DNA of 64,000 bases from Brevinematia bacterium (GTDB taxonomy: Bacteria > Spirochaetota > Brevinematia > DTOW01), in assembly GCA_039630355.1 (NCBI GenBank), contig JBCNVF010000019.1, forward strand, positions 2,142 through 66,141, given 5' to 3'. A program made the translations under genes and the position numbers. Positions 29,215 through 39,069 of this stretch are shown in pieces (the stretch's first letter is position 1; each line of letters starts with the position of its first letter). A model generated the notes under the pieces. That model saw nothing but the letters and a program-made list of their open reading frames with translations, ran no database searches and was not told the origin of the DNA.

Positions 29215-30687
29215 ATGCGAGAGGTTTTTTCTGACGAAGATACGATCTTTGCTCCTGTAACGCCAAATGTTCATTCTGCTGTTAGTGTATTAAGAGTCTC
29301 GGGTGAGAGAGCAATAGAGTCAGTTGATAAGTTATTCAGAGGTAAGAGGAGTCTCAAGGATGCTAGGACTCATACCTTGAGCTACGGGTATATAGTAGAT
29401 GAGAGTGGTGAAAAACTAGATGATGTGCTTGTTGCGGTTATGAGAAAGCCAAATTCTTACACAGGTGAGGATGTGGTTGAGATAAGTTGTCATGGAAATC
29501 CGTTGATAGTTGGTAAGGTTATGGAACTACTTAAGAAACAAGGGTTACGGATGGCACTCCCCGGAGAGTTTACTAAGAGAGCAGTTCTAAATGGTAAGAT
29601 GGATCTACTTCAAGCTGAAGCAGTCAATTCTCTCGTTATGAGTAGAAATACCTCAAATCTGAGGATTTCGAGGCATATCCTTGACGGAAAACTTTCGGAA
29701 AGGATAAAGGAGGTTAAAAATAATTTGCTCAATCTTCTTGCTTATCTGGAAGTTTTGGTTGATCATCCTGAAGAGGAATTAGCTGAAAGAAACTGGAATT
29801 ACATTGAGAAAACGATTCTGGAGTCCAAAGAGGTACTAGAAGATCTGATTGAGAAGTCAAAAAATAGTAGATTCTTTAGCGAGGGACTTAAGATTTGCAT
29901 AGTTGGAAGGACAAATGCTGGTAAGTCAAGTCTTATGAACGCACTGATAGGAGAGGATAGATCTATAGTATCTAGTATTCCAGGAACGACGAGAGATGTA
30001 ATAAAGGAGATAATTTCAATAGAAGGTGTTCCCGTGAGTATTTTTGATACTGCAGGTATAAGAAAATCCGAAGACCCTATAGAACAAGAAGGTGTGAGGA
30101 GAACTATTAGGAGTATAGAAACTTCAGATGTTGTACTCTTGGTCCTTGATATTTCTTTAAAACCATCAGATGAGGACTTGGTAGCTCTGGAGACTGTTAA
30201 AATGTATGCAGGAGGCAAAAATGTATTTTTGGTGCTAAACAAAATAGATCTCATCTCTTCAGGTTTTGGTTTAGCGGATGTTGGAGAAAGCTTTTCTTCT
30301 AAAGACTCAAAGCTCCAAGGAGTGGTTGATGAAATTTTGGAGTTTGTGAAAAGCAACAACGTTGAAATAGCAGAATATTTCTTAGTCTCAGCTAAGGATG
30401 GAATAGGTATTAAGAAACTCTCAAAGAGGATTGTGGAAAGTGTAATCGGGGATATTGAGAGCGAAGTTAATAACATTCTAGTGAATAACGAGAGACATAG
30501 GCAATTTATCCTAGATGTCATTTCTTCGCTTGAAGAGGCTTACGAGTCCGCTAGGGACAGAATGTCTGAAGAGTTTATAGCGATAGGGATAAGGGATGCT
30601 TTGTCTTATATTGGTGAGATGGTAGGAGAGGTAACTACAGAAGATTTGATGGATGCTATTTTTAGGAATTTTTGCGTGGGGAAATAG
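29215..30687 (+). CDS. mnmE: tRNA modification GTPase MnmE (TrmE)
   Basis: G-domain GRTNAGKSSLMNAL and DTAGIR; C-terminal CVGK motif. Confidence 0.92.
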   Translation: MREVFSDEDTIFAPVTPNVHSAVSVLRVSGERAIESVDKLFRGKRSLKDARTHTLSYGYIVDESGEKLDDVLVAVMRKPNSYTGEDVVEISCHGNPLIVGKVMELLKKQGLRMALPGEFTKRAVLNGKMDLLQAEAVNSLVMSRNTSNLRISRHILDGKLSERIKEVKNNLLNLLAYLEVLVDHPEEELAERNWNYIEKTILESKEVLEDLIEKSKNSRFFSEGLKICIVGRTNAGKSSLMNALIGEDRSIVSSIPGTTRDVIKEIISIEGVPVSIFDTAGIRKSEDPIEQEGVRRTIRSIETSDVVLLVLDISLKPSDEDLVALETVKMYAGGKNVFLVLNKIDLISSGFGLADVGESFSSKDSKLQGVVDEILEFVKSNNVEIAEYFLVSAKDGIGIKKLSKRIVESVIGDIESEVNNILVNNERHRQFILDVISSLEEAYESARDRMSEEFIAIGIRDALSYIGEMVGEVTTEDLMDAIFRNFCVGK

Positions 30688-30856
30688 GGATTTTTGAGTA
30701 TTTCGGCAATCTGTTTAATTCTCGTCAAGGTGTGATTTTATAGAGTAGAATGAGTTTTCTTAGGTGTTTTGTAAGTTTTGAATTGGAACTTTTGAAGGTT
30801 TTTAGAACTCTGGTTTTAAAATCATTCAAAATAGGATCAAAGCTTGAGGGGAATAT

Positions 30857-33262
30857 ATGGATAGGGTAATAGAGACTGTACTGGAGGAAGAGGTAAAAAA
30901 ATCCTATCTGACCTATGCAATGAGTGTTATTGTAAGCAGAGCGTTGCCAGATGTAAGGGATGGCTTAAAGCCTGTCCAGAGGAGAATACTCTACACAATG
31001 TATGAACTAGGATTACGGCACAATACTTCGTATAAGAAGTGTGCAAGAATTGTAGGAGATACTTTAGGTAAATATCACCCTCACGGTGATGTTTCGGTAT
31101 ACGAAGCTTTGGTGAGAATGGCACAGGATTTTAATATGAGATACACTCTTATTGATGGTCAGGGGAATTTTGGCTCAATTGATGGTGATCCTCCGGCAGC
31201 GATGAGATACTCAGAGGCGAGGCTTGAAGCTATTGCGGAAGAAATGCTAAAGGACATTGATAAAGACACTGTTGACTTTAGACCTAACTTTGATAACTCT
31301 TTAGAGGAACCTTCGGTATTGCCAGGAGTATTACCCAATCTGCTTGTGAATGGTGCTAGTGGAATAGCGGTAGGTATGGCTACCAATATACCTACTCATA
31401 ACTTGAGAGAAGTTGTAGATGCAGTGATTTACTATATAGACCATAGGAACTGTTCTGTAGCAGACTTGATGAAGTTTATAAAGGGGCCTGACTTCCCAAC
31501 TGGAGGAGTAGTAATAGGTGATGAAGAGATGAAGAAAGCATATGAAACGGGGGAAGGTAGAGTAACGGTAAGGGCAAAGATGGAATTGGAGAAACTTAAA
31601 AGTGGCAAAGATTTGGTCGTTATAACCGAGATTCCATATCAAGTTAGGAAGTCAGCAATTGTTGAGAGAATATCTGAGTTAGTTAAAGATGAAGAGCTTG
31701 ATGAAGTGTCCGATGTTAGGGATGAGTCGGATAGAGATGGGATAAGGATAGTTCTAGAGCTCAAAAGAGGAGTCAATCCTATGATAGTGATGAATAAGTT
31801 ATATAAACATACTCAGCTACAACAGACATTTAGCATTAGTATGGTTGCCTTAGTAGGTAACGAACCTAAGGTCCTGTCCATTAAGGATATCATTTATCAT
31901 TATGTAGAGCACAGGAAGGAGGTGATAACGAGAAAGGCAAAGTTTGAGCTTAAGAAAGCTCAGGAAAGGCTACACATAGTTGAGGGGCTATTAGTGGCTT
32001 TGGGAAACATTGATGAAGTAGTAGAAATGATAAAGTCGTCTGATTCTCCATCAGTGGCAAAAGTAAAGTTGTCACAGAGATTTAAGCTTACTGAAGCTCA
32101 GGTAGATGCAATACTAGACATGAAACTTCAAAAACTTACATCTATTGAAGTCAAGGATCTAAAGGAAGAACATAGGAATTTGGTGGAAGTGATAAAAGAT
32201 CTGAAGGATATTCTGTCAAGTGAGAAAAGAGTGTTTGAAATAATGAAAGAAGAGCTTAGATATCTATCTGAGAAATATGGTGATGAGAGGAGAACTGAGA
32301 TAGAGTATGGTGAGGTTGAGGAAGTTGACGAAAAGGACTTGGTGCAAAAGGAGGATGTAGCAATAATATTGACGAAGATAGGTATGATAAAGAGAATACC
32401 TCTTTCTGTATATAGGTCCCAAAGAGTGGGAGGTAGAGGTGTTGTTGCAACTTCTACTATGGAGGAAGATTCAATAGAGCATCTGATAATAGCTAATACA
32501 CTTGAGAAATTGTTAATATTCACTGACAAGGGTAAGGCATATTCTCTAGATGTGTATAAAATACCGGAGTCTTCTAAAACTGCAAGAGGTGCGAACATAA
32601 GAATGTTTCTTAACATTGGGAGTGATGAGAATATAAGAGCAATGGTTGTTTTTGATGAAAATAAGAAGGGGTATATAACCATGGTATCCAGAAGAGGGAT
32701 GATAAAGAAGGTAAGTGTAGAAGAGTTTAGAAGCATAAGGTCAAGTGGTATAATTGCGTTATCTACGGAGGAAGGGGATGTTCTGCAAGATGCAGTGTTT
32801 ACCAGTGGGAGTGACGATGTGATAATATCAACTGCTTACGGTTATGCTTTAAGGTTTTCTGAGAAAAAGATAAGACCTATGGGTAGGATAGCTAGGGGTA
32901 TGACGGGAATAAAACTTAGAAGTAATGATTATGTGATTGGGCTGACTAGGTATACCGATAGTAAGGAGATTCTAGCAGTTACGGAAAGAGGGTATGCAAA
33001 GCGAGTAAAGATGGTGGAGTTCTTGCAAAAGGGTAGAGGCGGAATGGGGGTAGTATACTTTGGTGTGAACGAAAAGACGGGAAAGGTTGTAAGGACTCTT
33101 CCTGTGTCTCAAGAGAACGAAGTTGTGATAATAACATCAAAGGGAATGATAATAAGAATTCCGGGAGATGAGATACCTATTATGGGAAGGCCAGCCAGAG
33201 GTATAAAAGCTGTAAATCTTAAGGACAATGATACTGTAGTTGATGTTGAGATATTTGAATGA
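30857..33262 (+). CDS. gyrA: DNA gyrase subunit A
   Basis: [26 protein letters not shown] with catalytic Tyr region, and C-terminal beta-pinwheel repeats. No gyrB adjacent. Confidence 0.95.
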   Translation: MDRVIETVLEEEVKKSYLTYAMSVIVSRALPDVRDGLKPVQRRILYTMYELGLRHNTSYKKCARIVGDTLGKYHPHGDVSVYEALVRMAQDFNMRYTLIDGQGNFGSIDGDPPAAMRYSEARLEAIAEEMLKDIDKDTVDFRPNFDNSLEEPSVLPGVLPNLLVNGASGIAVGMATNIPTHNLREVVDAVIYYIDHRNCSVADLMKFIKGPDFPTGGVVIGDEEMKKAYETGEGRVTVRAKMELEKLKSGKDLVVITEIPYQVRKSAIVERISELVKDEELDEVSDVRDESDRDGIRIVLELKRGVNPMIVMNKLYKHTQLQQTFSISMVALVGNEPKVLSIKDIIYHYVEHRKEVITRKAKFELKKAQERLHIVEGLLVALGNIDEVVEMIKSSDSPSVAKVKLSQRFKLTEAQVDAILDMKLQKLTSIEVKDLKEEHRNLVEVIKDLKDILSSEKRVFEIMKEELRYLSEKYGDERRTEIEYGEVEEVDEKDLVQKEDVAIILTKIGMIKRIPLSVYRSQRVGGRGVVATSTMEEDSIEHLIIANTLEKLLIFTDKGKAYSLDVYKIPESSKTARGANIRMFLNIGSDENIRAMVVFDENKKGYITMVSRRGMIKKVSVEEFRSIRSSGIIALSTEEGDVLQDAVFTSGSDDVIISTAYGYALRFSEKKIRPMGRIARGMTGIKLRSNDYVIGLTRYTDSKEILAVTERGYAKRVKMVEFLQKGRGGMGVVYFGVNEKTGKVVRTLPVSQENEVVIITSKGMIIRIPGDEIPIMGRPARGIKAVNLKDNDTVVDVEIFE

Positions 33263-34197
33263 TGGATAAGTTTTTAGAAATTATTGAAGTATCTCATACA
33301 TTTTATATCAAAAACCCTAACACGTTCTTCTCGTATATTCCTGTGAAAGCTCTTGAGAGGATAAATTTACATATTCCTAAAAGTACAACCTTCTCAATAG
33401 TTGGTGAGAGCGGGTCTGGTAAAACAACTCTGGGCAATATAATCCTGGGAGCTTTAAGGCCGACTAAGGGTGATGTTAGGTGGAACGGAAACTCAATATT
33501 TTCAGCAGAAGTGAGGAAAGAATATCTAAAACAGATTCATACGGTTTCTCAGAATCCTTTAAGTTCTTTGAACCCGCGTATGAATGTGAAAACAATAATA
33601 GCTGAGCCATTGATCTTTAGGAAGAGATTTTCAAGGAGCGAGATTGAGAAGAGAATAATGGAGGTTATAGAGGAAGTGAAGTTGAGTAGGGATATTCTTT
33701 ACAAATATCCTCATGAACTGAGTGGGGGTGAGAAGCAGAGAGTTAGCATAGCGAGGAGTATAGTATCTCACCCTAGTATTCTAGTTCTTGATGAGCCTGT
33801 GTCATCGCTGGATGTATCAGTCAGAGCACAAGTTCTAAATTTGCTTATGGAAATTAAGAAAAACCACAATCTGACTTATGTTTATATTTCCCATGATATG
33901 TCAACAACTAGATTCATTTCTGACTACTTGCTTGTTTTGTATAAGGGTAGGGTTATGGAGTTTGGTGAGTCAGAGAAGGTGTTTTCTTATCCAACAAATC
34001 CATACACTAGGTTTTTGCTTTTTTCGGTTCCTGGTCAGACCCTTGTGCCAGAGTTTCAGGTAGTTCAGAGGGATGAGAAGGGTCAAGGTTGTCCATTTTA
34101 CGATAGGTGTCCACTAGCCTCTGGAATATGTATGAAAAGCTTTCCTGATCCCAGAGAAGTTTCTAAGGGGCACATATCCTACTGCCACAATGCATAA
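33259..34197 (+). CDS. ABC transporter ATP-binding protein (OppF/DppF-like with C-terminal oligo_HPY region), orphan
   Basis: Walker [10 protein letters not shown], signature LSGGEKQR, Walker B LVLDEP. ATG overlaps the gyrA stop by 4 nt. No permease or SBP partner nearby. Confidence 0.85.
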   Translation: MMDKFLEIIEVSHTFYIKNPNTFFSYIPVKALERINLHIPKSTTFSIVGESGSGKTTLGNIILGALRPTKGDVRWNGNSIFSAEVRKEYLKQIHTVSQNPLSSLNPRMNVKTIIAEPLIFRKRFSRSEIEKRIMEVIEEVKLSRDILYKYPHELSGGEKQRVSIARSIVSHPSILVLDEPVSSLDVSVRAQVLNLLMEIKKNHNLTYVYISHDMSTTRFISDYLLVLYKGRVMEFGESEKVFSYPTNPYTRFLLFSVPGQTLVPEFQVVQRDEKGQGCPFYDRCPLASGICMKSFPDPREVSKGHISYCHNA

Positions 34198-34199
34198 GC

Positions 34200-34679
34200 T
34201 TATTTCTGGGCTAAAGAAGTCCTTACAAACTCAACAAATTCCCTATATTCCTCTGTGTCTTCTACTTTCATTAGTTCAACGAAAAACGATGGAGCCTTGA
34301 CAACTTTTCTGCTACTCTTGTCCAGAAATACAAGATCTGATATTCCTACGCATATAAGTTTCACTTCCTTGTCTGCTCTGAAGATCTTATACCCGATGCT
34401 TACTCTGGTTTTAGTAAGTTCCACTAATGCACTTTGAATGATAATCTCGTCATCGTAGTAAGCAGAGCCTAAAAACTTAGCTGAGGCATAAATAACTGGT
34501 AGAAGGAATCCCCTTTCTTCAATTTCTTTGTAGGTTATTCCCCACTTCCTTATAAGATCGGTTCTACCAATCTCCATCCAGATAAAGTAGTTTGCATAGT
34601 ATACTACCCCCATCTGATCTGTTTCTGAATATCTAACTCTTATCCTGGTTTCACTGATCATATTTTTTAGGTTATCCAA
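34200..34679 (-). CDS. Acyl-CoA thioesterase, YbgC/4HBT hotdog family (likely start ATG 34661 rather than TTG 34679)
   Basis: IRVRYSETDQMGVVYYANYF hotdog-fold thioesterase N-terminus with catalytic Asp. Confidence 0.8.
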   Translation of the reverse strand: MDNLKNMISETRIRVRYSETDQMGVVYYANYFIWMEIGRTDLIRKWGITYKEIEERGFLLPVIYASAKFLGSAYYDDEIIIQSALVELTKTRVSIGYKIFRADKEVKLICVGISDLVFLDKSSRKVVKAPSFFVELMKVEDTEEYREFVEFVRTSLAQK

Positions 34680-34708
34680 ATTGTGAAAAATGCTTATTCA
34701 CAATTTGG
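34676..34708. promoter_or_regulatory. Perfect 12-bp inverted repeat CCAAATTGTGAA-N9-TTCACAATTTGG, operator-like, immediately upstream of the thioesterase start
   Basis: Arms 34676-34687 and 34697-34708 are exact reverse complements, separated by a 9-nt AT-rich spacer (AAATGCTTA). The TGTGA/TCACA core resembles Crp/Fnr-family half-sites but with different spacing. Confidence 0.5.
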
Positions 34709-34732
34709 GCTGGAGTATTTGTATCCCGCCTA

Positions 34733-34779
34733 AAAACTAGCTCAGTCTCCAGCGGGCGGTATTTGAGCTAGCTAAAAGC
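34733..34779 (-). terminator. Intrinsic terminator for plsC (minus strand): stem CTAGCTCA/TGAGCTAG followed by T5
   Basis: On the minus strand: AGCTAGCTCAAATACCGCCCGCTGGAGACTGAGCTAGTTTTTAGG. 8-bp stem, about 19-nt loop with an internal CCGCC/GGCGG mini-stem, then TTTTT. Confidence 0.5.
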
Positions 34780-34808
34780 GATACTTTAAACTTTCGGACT
34801 TTTTCTAT

Positions 34809-35579
34809 TTAAGGCTGATGATTTTCTTGCTCAAGGTTAACTAAGTATATTCTTCTAAGCTCGTTTATGATTTCTTCGTTGTTTGTAACTTCTTCGTTAC
34901 TTATAGGTGATAGGATTTTTACCTTTACACTTCTAAAGGGTGTTACTAGAAGAGAGCCTTTTCTCATAATTTCTATGGTTCCTTTTATCACGACGGGTAG
35001 CACATCTAGTTTGGTAGTTCTAGCAAGGATAACAAAGCCTCTTTTGAATTTTTGTAATCTTCCATCTTCTGACCTTGTCCCTTCAGGAAATATAGTTGGG
35101 CTACCGTCTGTTTTGGTAGCCATTTTTTTCATAAGGCTCACTGACTCTTTTAGCTTTTCTCTGGGTATTGGTATATACCCCATAAGCCTCATGAATTGTC
35201 CAATTATAGGTATTCTGAATACAGATTCTTTGGAGACCCACCTTATTTGCAAGGGTAACTTTGCGGAAAGAACTAAGATGTCAAATGCACTTTGGTGATT
35301 TGCGGTGACTATATAATTTTTACCACTCTCTAGGTTTTCAAGTCCAGAGATTTCTACACGTGTAAAAGTAAGGGTAAGTATTGTGTTGAAATACATTTTC
35401 TCAACATAATGGGCTAGATTTCTTGAGAAAAAGGTTAGGGTTATTCCTAGGATTCCGAATATGATTGTAAGGGGAATTAGCGCTAAAAAGAGGTAAACTG
35501 TAAACAAAATTTTCATGAGATAGGCTAACTTTTTCTTCATAGAAGATAAACTATAAGCGTATAAGTGTGTTGAAATCAA
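34809..35579 (-). CDS. plsC: 1-acyl-sn-glycerol-3-phosphate acyltransferase
   Basis: N-terminal TM, acyltransferase motif I NHQSAFD (HX4D), motif III FPEGTRS. Confidence 0.85.
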   Translation of the reverse strand: MISTHLYAYSLSSMKKKLAYLMKILFTVYLFLALIPLTIIFGILGITLTFFSRNLAHYVEKMYFNTILTLTFTRVEISGLENLESGKNYIVTANHQSAFDILVLSAKLPLQIRWVSKESVFRIPIIGQFMRLMGYIPIPREKLKESVSLMKKMATKTDGSPTIFPEGTRSEDGRLQKFKRGFVILARTTKLDVLPVVIKGTIEIMRKGSLLVTPFRSVKVKILSPISNEEVTNNEEIINELRRIYLVNLEQENHQP

Positions 35580-35591
35580 AATGAGGAACTC

Positions 35592-36896
35592 TCAAGTTTT
35601 TCCTTGCTGTCTGCTTATCTGGATTTTCAGTTCCATTAGAAGCTTTTTCTTGTAGAAAGTTACATCCTTGAGTAGTTTCTCAAGATCATTTACTACTATT
35701 TTGCCGTCCTGGGATATGGTGATATTTTTGTCGTTATCAAGGATGTTCTTTATATATTTCTTGCCTTCTTCCATAGTATATCCAAGAAACTTTATTAGAT
35801 CCTCAATGGAGAAGTTCAACTTAAATGATTCCATGGGTTTTATCGGAATTCTATTTTTCTCTATTTGTATCATCAAGGCGTCATAGATCCTTGCATTAGG
35901 TTCTTTGAGTGCTATATTTGCAAGTTGGCGGTATATTGCCCATATTCTGTCGCTTAGTAATTCTATTATTCTGGTAGCTATTTCAGGTCTTGTATGAACC
36001 ATAGCTTCAAAGTTTCCTCTCTTTACAAAGAGTAGTTCTACATTTCCAACGGCTGTAGCTGTTGCGCTTCTGGGTCTATTTTCAAGAATTGACATTTCTC
36101 CAAAGATATCTCCTTCCTTAAGAACTGCTAGTAATACTTCGTTTCCATTTACAAATTTTGTTATTCTTACATTGCCTTTTAGTATAACATAGGCCTTTTC
36201 CCCGTATTCGTGCTCGCAGAAAATAACTTGGCCGTCGTGGTATCTTTCAACCGATCTTGAAGGATCAACTTCGGGTTCAGCCATTGCTATGATAGGGTCA
36301 ATAGAAGCGAGCTTCATCTTAGCTACTGATACATAACCGCCGTCTGGGCAGTATTCTATGTATTTTTTGTAGGCATAAGCTGCTTGCTCCATCATCTTCT
36401 TGGAGTAATAAAATTCAGCTATGTTGAAAAGGTAGTAGGGATCTTCATCAACCTGAGACTTAAAAGTGAGTTTTGTCAGAGTTGAGTCATATTCTCTAAG
36501 CTTTTGACTGAATGATCTAAGGATTTTTATAGCGATAGGAGTGCTCTTCTGTATCAGTTCTCCAAACTGAGATCTGTGGATTGACAATAAAGAGGTATCC
36601 TCCAGAACTAAAACCGTTTCCATGTTGCTTCTCTTACTCATGCAGGATACTACACCGAAAAAATCACCTTTATAGAGAGTTGTTCCTTCTTTTGTTCCCC
36701 TTATTATAGGGTCAATTGTTTCAAACACTTGCACTTTACCATCTTGGATTATATAAAACTCCTCTGGAATCTTGTCACCTTCTATCATCACGTAACTTCC
36801 TTGCCGGTATTTAACTACCTTGAAAGTCATTCCACCGTCCATATTATCTTCCTTACCGAAAACTATTATAAATAATATACGCTTCACTAACAACAA
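35592..36896 (-). CDS. Crp/Fnr-family regulator with two tandem cyclic-nucleotide-binding domains and C-terminal HTH (start may be an internal Met near 36842)
   Basis: CNB domain 1 ends GDFFGVVSCMSKRSNMETV. CNB domain 2 has GDIFGEMSILENRPRSATATAVGNVELLFV (canonical FGE...RSA motif). C-terminal FSIEDLIKFLGYTMEEGKKYIKNIL is HTH_Crp-like. Confidence 0.7.
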   Translation of the reverse strand: MLLVKRILFIIVFGKEDNMDGGMTFKVVKYRQGSYVMIEGDKIPEEFYIIQDGKVQVFETIDPIIRGTKEGTTLYKGDFFGVVSCMSKRSNMETVLVLEDTSLLSIHRSQFGELIQKSTPIAIKILRSFSQKLREYDSTLTKLTFKSQVDEDPYYLFNIAEFYYSKKMMEQAAYAYKKYIEYCPDGGYVSVAKMKLASIDPIIAMAEPEVDPSRSVERYHDGQVIFCEHEYGEKAYVILKGNVRITKFVNGNEVLLAVLKEGDIFGEMSILENRPRSATATAVGNVELLFVKRGNFEAMVHTRPEIATRIIELLSDRIWAIYRQLANIALKEPNARIYDALMIQIEKNRIPIKPMESFKLNFSIEDLIKFLGYTMEEGKKYIKNILDNDKNITISQDGKIVVNDLEKLLKDVTFYKKKLLMELKIQISRQQGKT

Positions 36897-36964
36897 TGTA
36901 AACTAGGTGAAGGGAGAGAACTATCCAATTTGCTAATAAGCTGGGAATTACGATAATATTATCT

Positions 36965-38242
36965 GTGGGTTTTATGAAGGTGCTAATTGTTGTTTTCCTA
37001 ATGCTGTTTTTGTTTTCTCATGAGGGAGGGGCACAAAATGTATCTTTGATAACTTACGGTGTAGAAGATGGCGATGTTTTTGTGAAGTGGAAGTCTGCTG
37101 AAAAGGGTATAAATTTTTCAGTGTATCGTAGTGCTGTTATGATCTCAAATGTTGCTTCATTTTCAAACAACTTAAGTTCTGTATACAAATTGGGGACTTT
37201 TTCACAAGCTGAGTTGAGGAGAGAGAAAGAATATTTCTACCTTATAGATCCAAAGCCTAATGTTGGCACAAATTATTATTTCATTTTTGGTAACAAGAAT
37301 GGTGAAGATATTATTGAGTTTATACCAGAGCAAAATTATTCCTCTGGATTTATAGTATATATTCCGCTGCCGAAGGTTTCGGTTGAGCTTGTAAGGGGTG
37401 TGAACAATGCTATAATAAGGTGGGAGAAGGTGGAGGGTGCCGAAGGGTATCTGGTTTATAAGTTAAGAGATAGTTTTAGTGGGAACCTTTCTAAAGTTCA
37501 ACCTTTGGTTCAACTTACATCCAATGAAACTATATTTTTTGATGTAATTCCTTCTGATACTAACTTTTTTTATGTTGTTGTTCCTTTTACTAAGCACTAT
37601 ACTAACTACTACTTTTCTAGGAAATACAATGGTATATTTATGGAGATGTCAAAAAGGGACTTTCTAGAAGGTCAGACTTACGGTCAAAAGTTTGTGGAGG
37701 TAAAATCGCACTTGCAGAATCTTAGAGAAATAGCTCTTACTAATCATGTAACTAATTACGTGACTAATTTTGCAACTAATTATGTAACTGTTTATACAAC
37801 CAATGAGGTTGTGCTTTTTCAGACCAATACAGTTACACTGACTAACTTAGTCTTCTATACTAATATGGAATCCAGAGTCGTTGACAATATTGGGAATCAG
37901 AAGACTGTTCAAGAGATAAAGCCTCTCTATACTGCTCCTTTGTCTCAGGAGTATGTCCAACCTTATGATTTGGAATTGCAACAACTACAGGTTAAACTGA
38001 AATATATAGTTTTGAAGTTTTTCAATAAGAAGGATTATTCTACTGCCAGGAGTATGCTTAGAGAATTACTGAGTGAAGTGAGAGAAGATTCTGAGTTGAA
38101 GGGCAGGATCATGATATACTTAGCAAGGGCTGAATATATTCTGGGTAATAGGGAGGAGGCCATAGCTACTCTTTTCAGGGCTGTGAAGATACTACCAGAG
38201 GAGGCAGGATTTTGGTTGGATAGGTTTTTAGTGAATAGGTGA
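36965..38242 (+). CDS. Secreted hypothetical protein with FN3-like domains, tandem TNYV repeats and C-terminal TPR-like region
   Basis: Signal peptide MGFMKVLIVVFLMLFLFSHEGGAQ. Repeated VFVKWKSAEKGINFSVYRS and IIRWEKVEGAEGYLVYK modules. NHVTNYVTNFATNYVTVYTTN from a 12-bp DNA tandem repeat at about 37740-37800. C-terminal TPR-like helices. Confidence 0.5.
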   Translation: MGFMKVLIVVFLMLFLFSHEGGAQNVSLITYGVEDGDVFVKWKSAEKGINFSVYRSAVMISNVASFSNNLSSVYKLGTFSQAELRREKEYFYLIDPKPNVGTNYYFIFGNKNGEDIIEFIPEQNYSSGFIVYIPLPKVSVELVRGVNNAIIRWEKVEGAEGYLVYKLRDSFSGNLSKVQPLVQLTSNETIFFDVIPSDTNFFYVVVPFTKHYTNYYFSRKYNGIFMEMSKRDFLEGQTYGQKFVEVKSHLQNLREIALTNHVTNYVTNFATNYVTVYTTNEVVLFQTNTVTLTNLVFYTNMESRVVDNIGNQKTVQEIKPLYTAPLSQEYVQPYDLELQQLQVKLKYIVLKFFNKKDYSTARSMLRELLSEVREDSELKGRIMIYLARAEYILGNREEAIATLFRAVKILPEEAGFWLDRFLVNR

Positions 38243-38244
38243 TA

Positions 38245-39018
38245 TTACTGCCTTCTTCTTACACTTACATATTTATCGGTGAAAGGAATTTCTATTCTAG
38301 CTAGGACATAGTTGTTGTTAGGTCCTGAGATTCTAAAAAGAGCGGGATCAATTCCTACTCCTTTGAGCAACATCACGATAAGAGCTATTCCTATGCCAGC
38401 TCCCTCAAGTTCATCTCCTTGTTCAAGGTAGAATTGTGATAAGTCATCATATCCCATAGCTTTCTTAAGCTTTTCTCTTACCCTCTTATCCTCAAACTCG
38501 GTTATAGCCACATTGTTTACAACCTCTATCCTAACTCCATCTTGGGAGTGGTAGAATGCTACACTTATATATAGGTCTTTGTTTGCTAGTTTGGGTAGAT
38601 ATTTCGGTAAATTCATCTCTGAGAGCTCTTCTTTGAATTTTATCATACCAGCTAAGAAGCTTTTCTCATCGGAAGGGTCAACATTATGTTCTTCAAATAC
38701 TATTCTTTTTATATTGGCTTTACTTGCGTTCAGAACGAGTTCTTTGACGCAAGTGTATATAACGTCCGACAAATCTTCCCTTCCGTAGTGCTCAAATATT
38801 CTTGTTATTACCAAATTGAGGCGCCTCTCTATTTCAGAAGAAATTCCATAAAACTTTATAAAAAAATATTTACCCTCTTTTACAAAACTATCCACAACTT
38901 TAAGAAACTCTTCTTCGCTTTTGACGTTTATGTCAACTTTATCGTACATAGTTATATCCCCCTCTGAGTAGTAAGTCAGATAACCAATACCTATGAAGTT
39001 TTCCATTAATGCCTCCAA
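38245..39018 (-). CDS. GHKL/HATPase_c-like ATPase domain protein without HisKA (anti-sigma-factor/kinase-like), hypothetical
   Basis: N-box-like TCVKELVLNASKAN and G2-box-like GDELEGAGIGIALIVMLLKG; 257 aa with a roughly 90-aa N-terminal extension. Confidence 0.4.
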   Translation of the reverse strand: MEALMENFIGIGYLTYYSEGDITMYDKVDINVKSEEEFLKVVDSFVKEGKYFFIKFYGISSEIERRLNLVITRIFEHYGREDLSDVIYTCVKELVLNASKANIKRIVFEEHNVDPSDEKSFLAGMIKFKEELSEMNLPKYLPKLANKDLYISVAFYHSQDGVRIEVVNNVAITEFEDKRVREKLKKAMGYDDLSQFYLEQGDELEGAGIGIALIVMLLKGVGIDPALFRISGPNNNYVLARIEIPFTDKYVSVRRRQ

Positions 39019-39069
39019 AGTTAGGTTATCAAAATACTAACTGTCATTTTTATTTTCGTCAGAATCTAA

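Noticed and set aside
34662-34679. TTG start (34679) of the thioesterase gene
   Set aside because: ATG 18 nt downstream gives a YbgC-like N-terminus. The TTG start would place the start codon inside the perfect palindrome.
34676-34708. Canonical cAMP-CRP binding site
   Set aside because: The half-sites TGTGA/TCACA are present, but the spacer between the cores is 11 nt (9 nt between the 12-bp arms) rather than the canonical 6 nt. Treated as an operator for a different Crp/Fnr-family protein.
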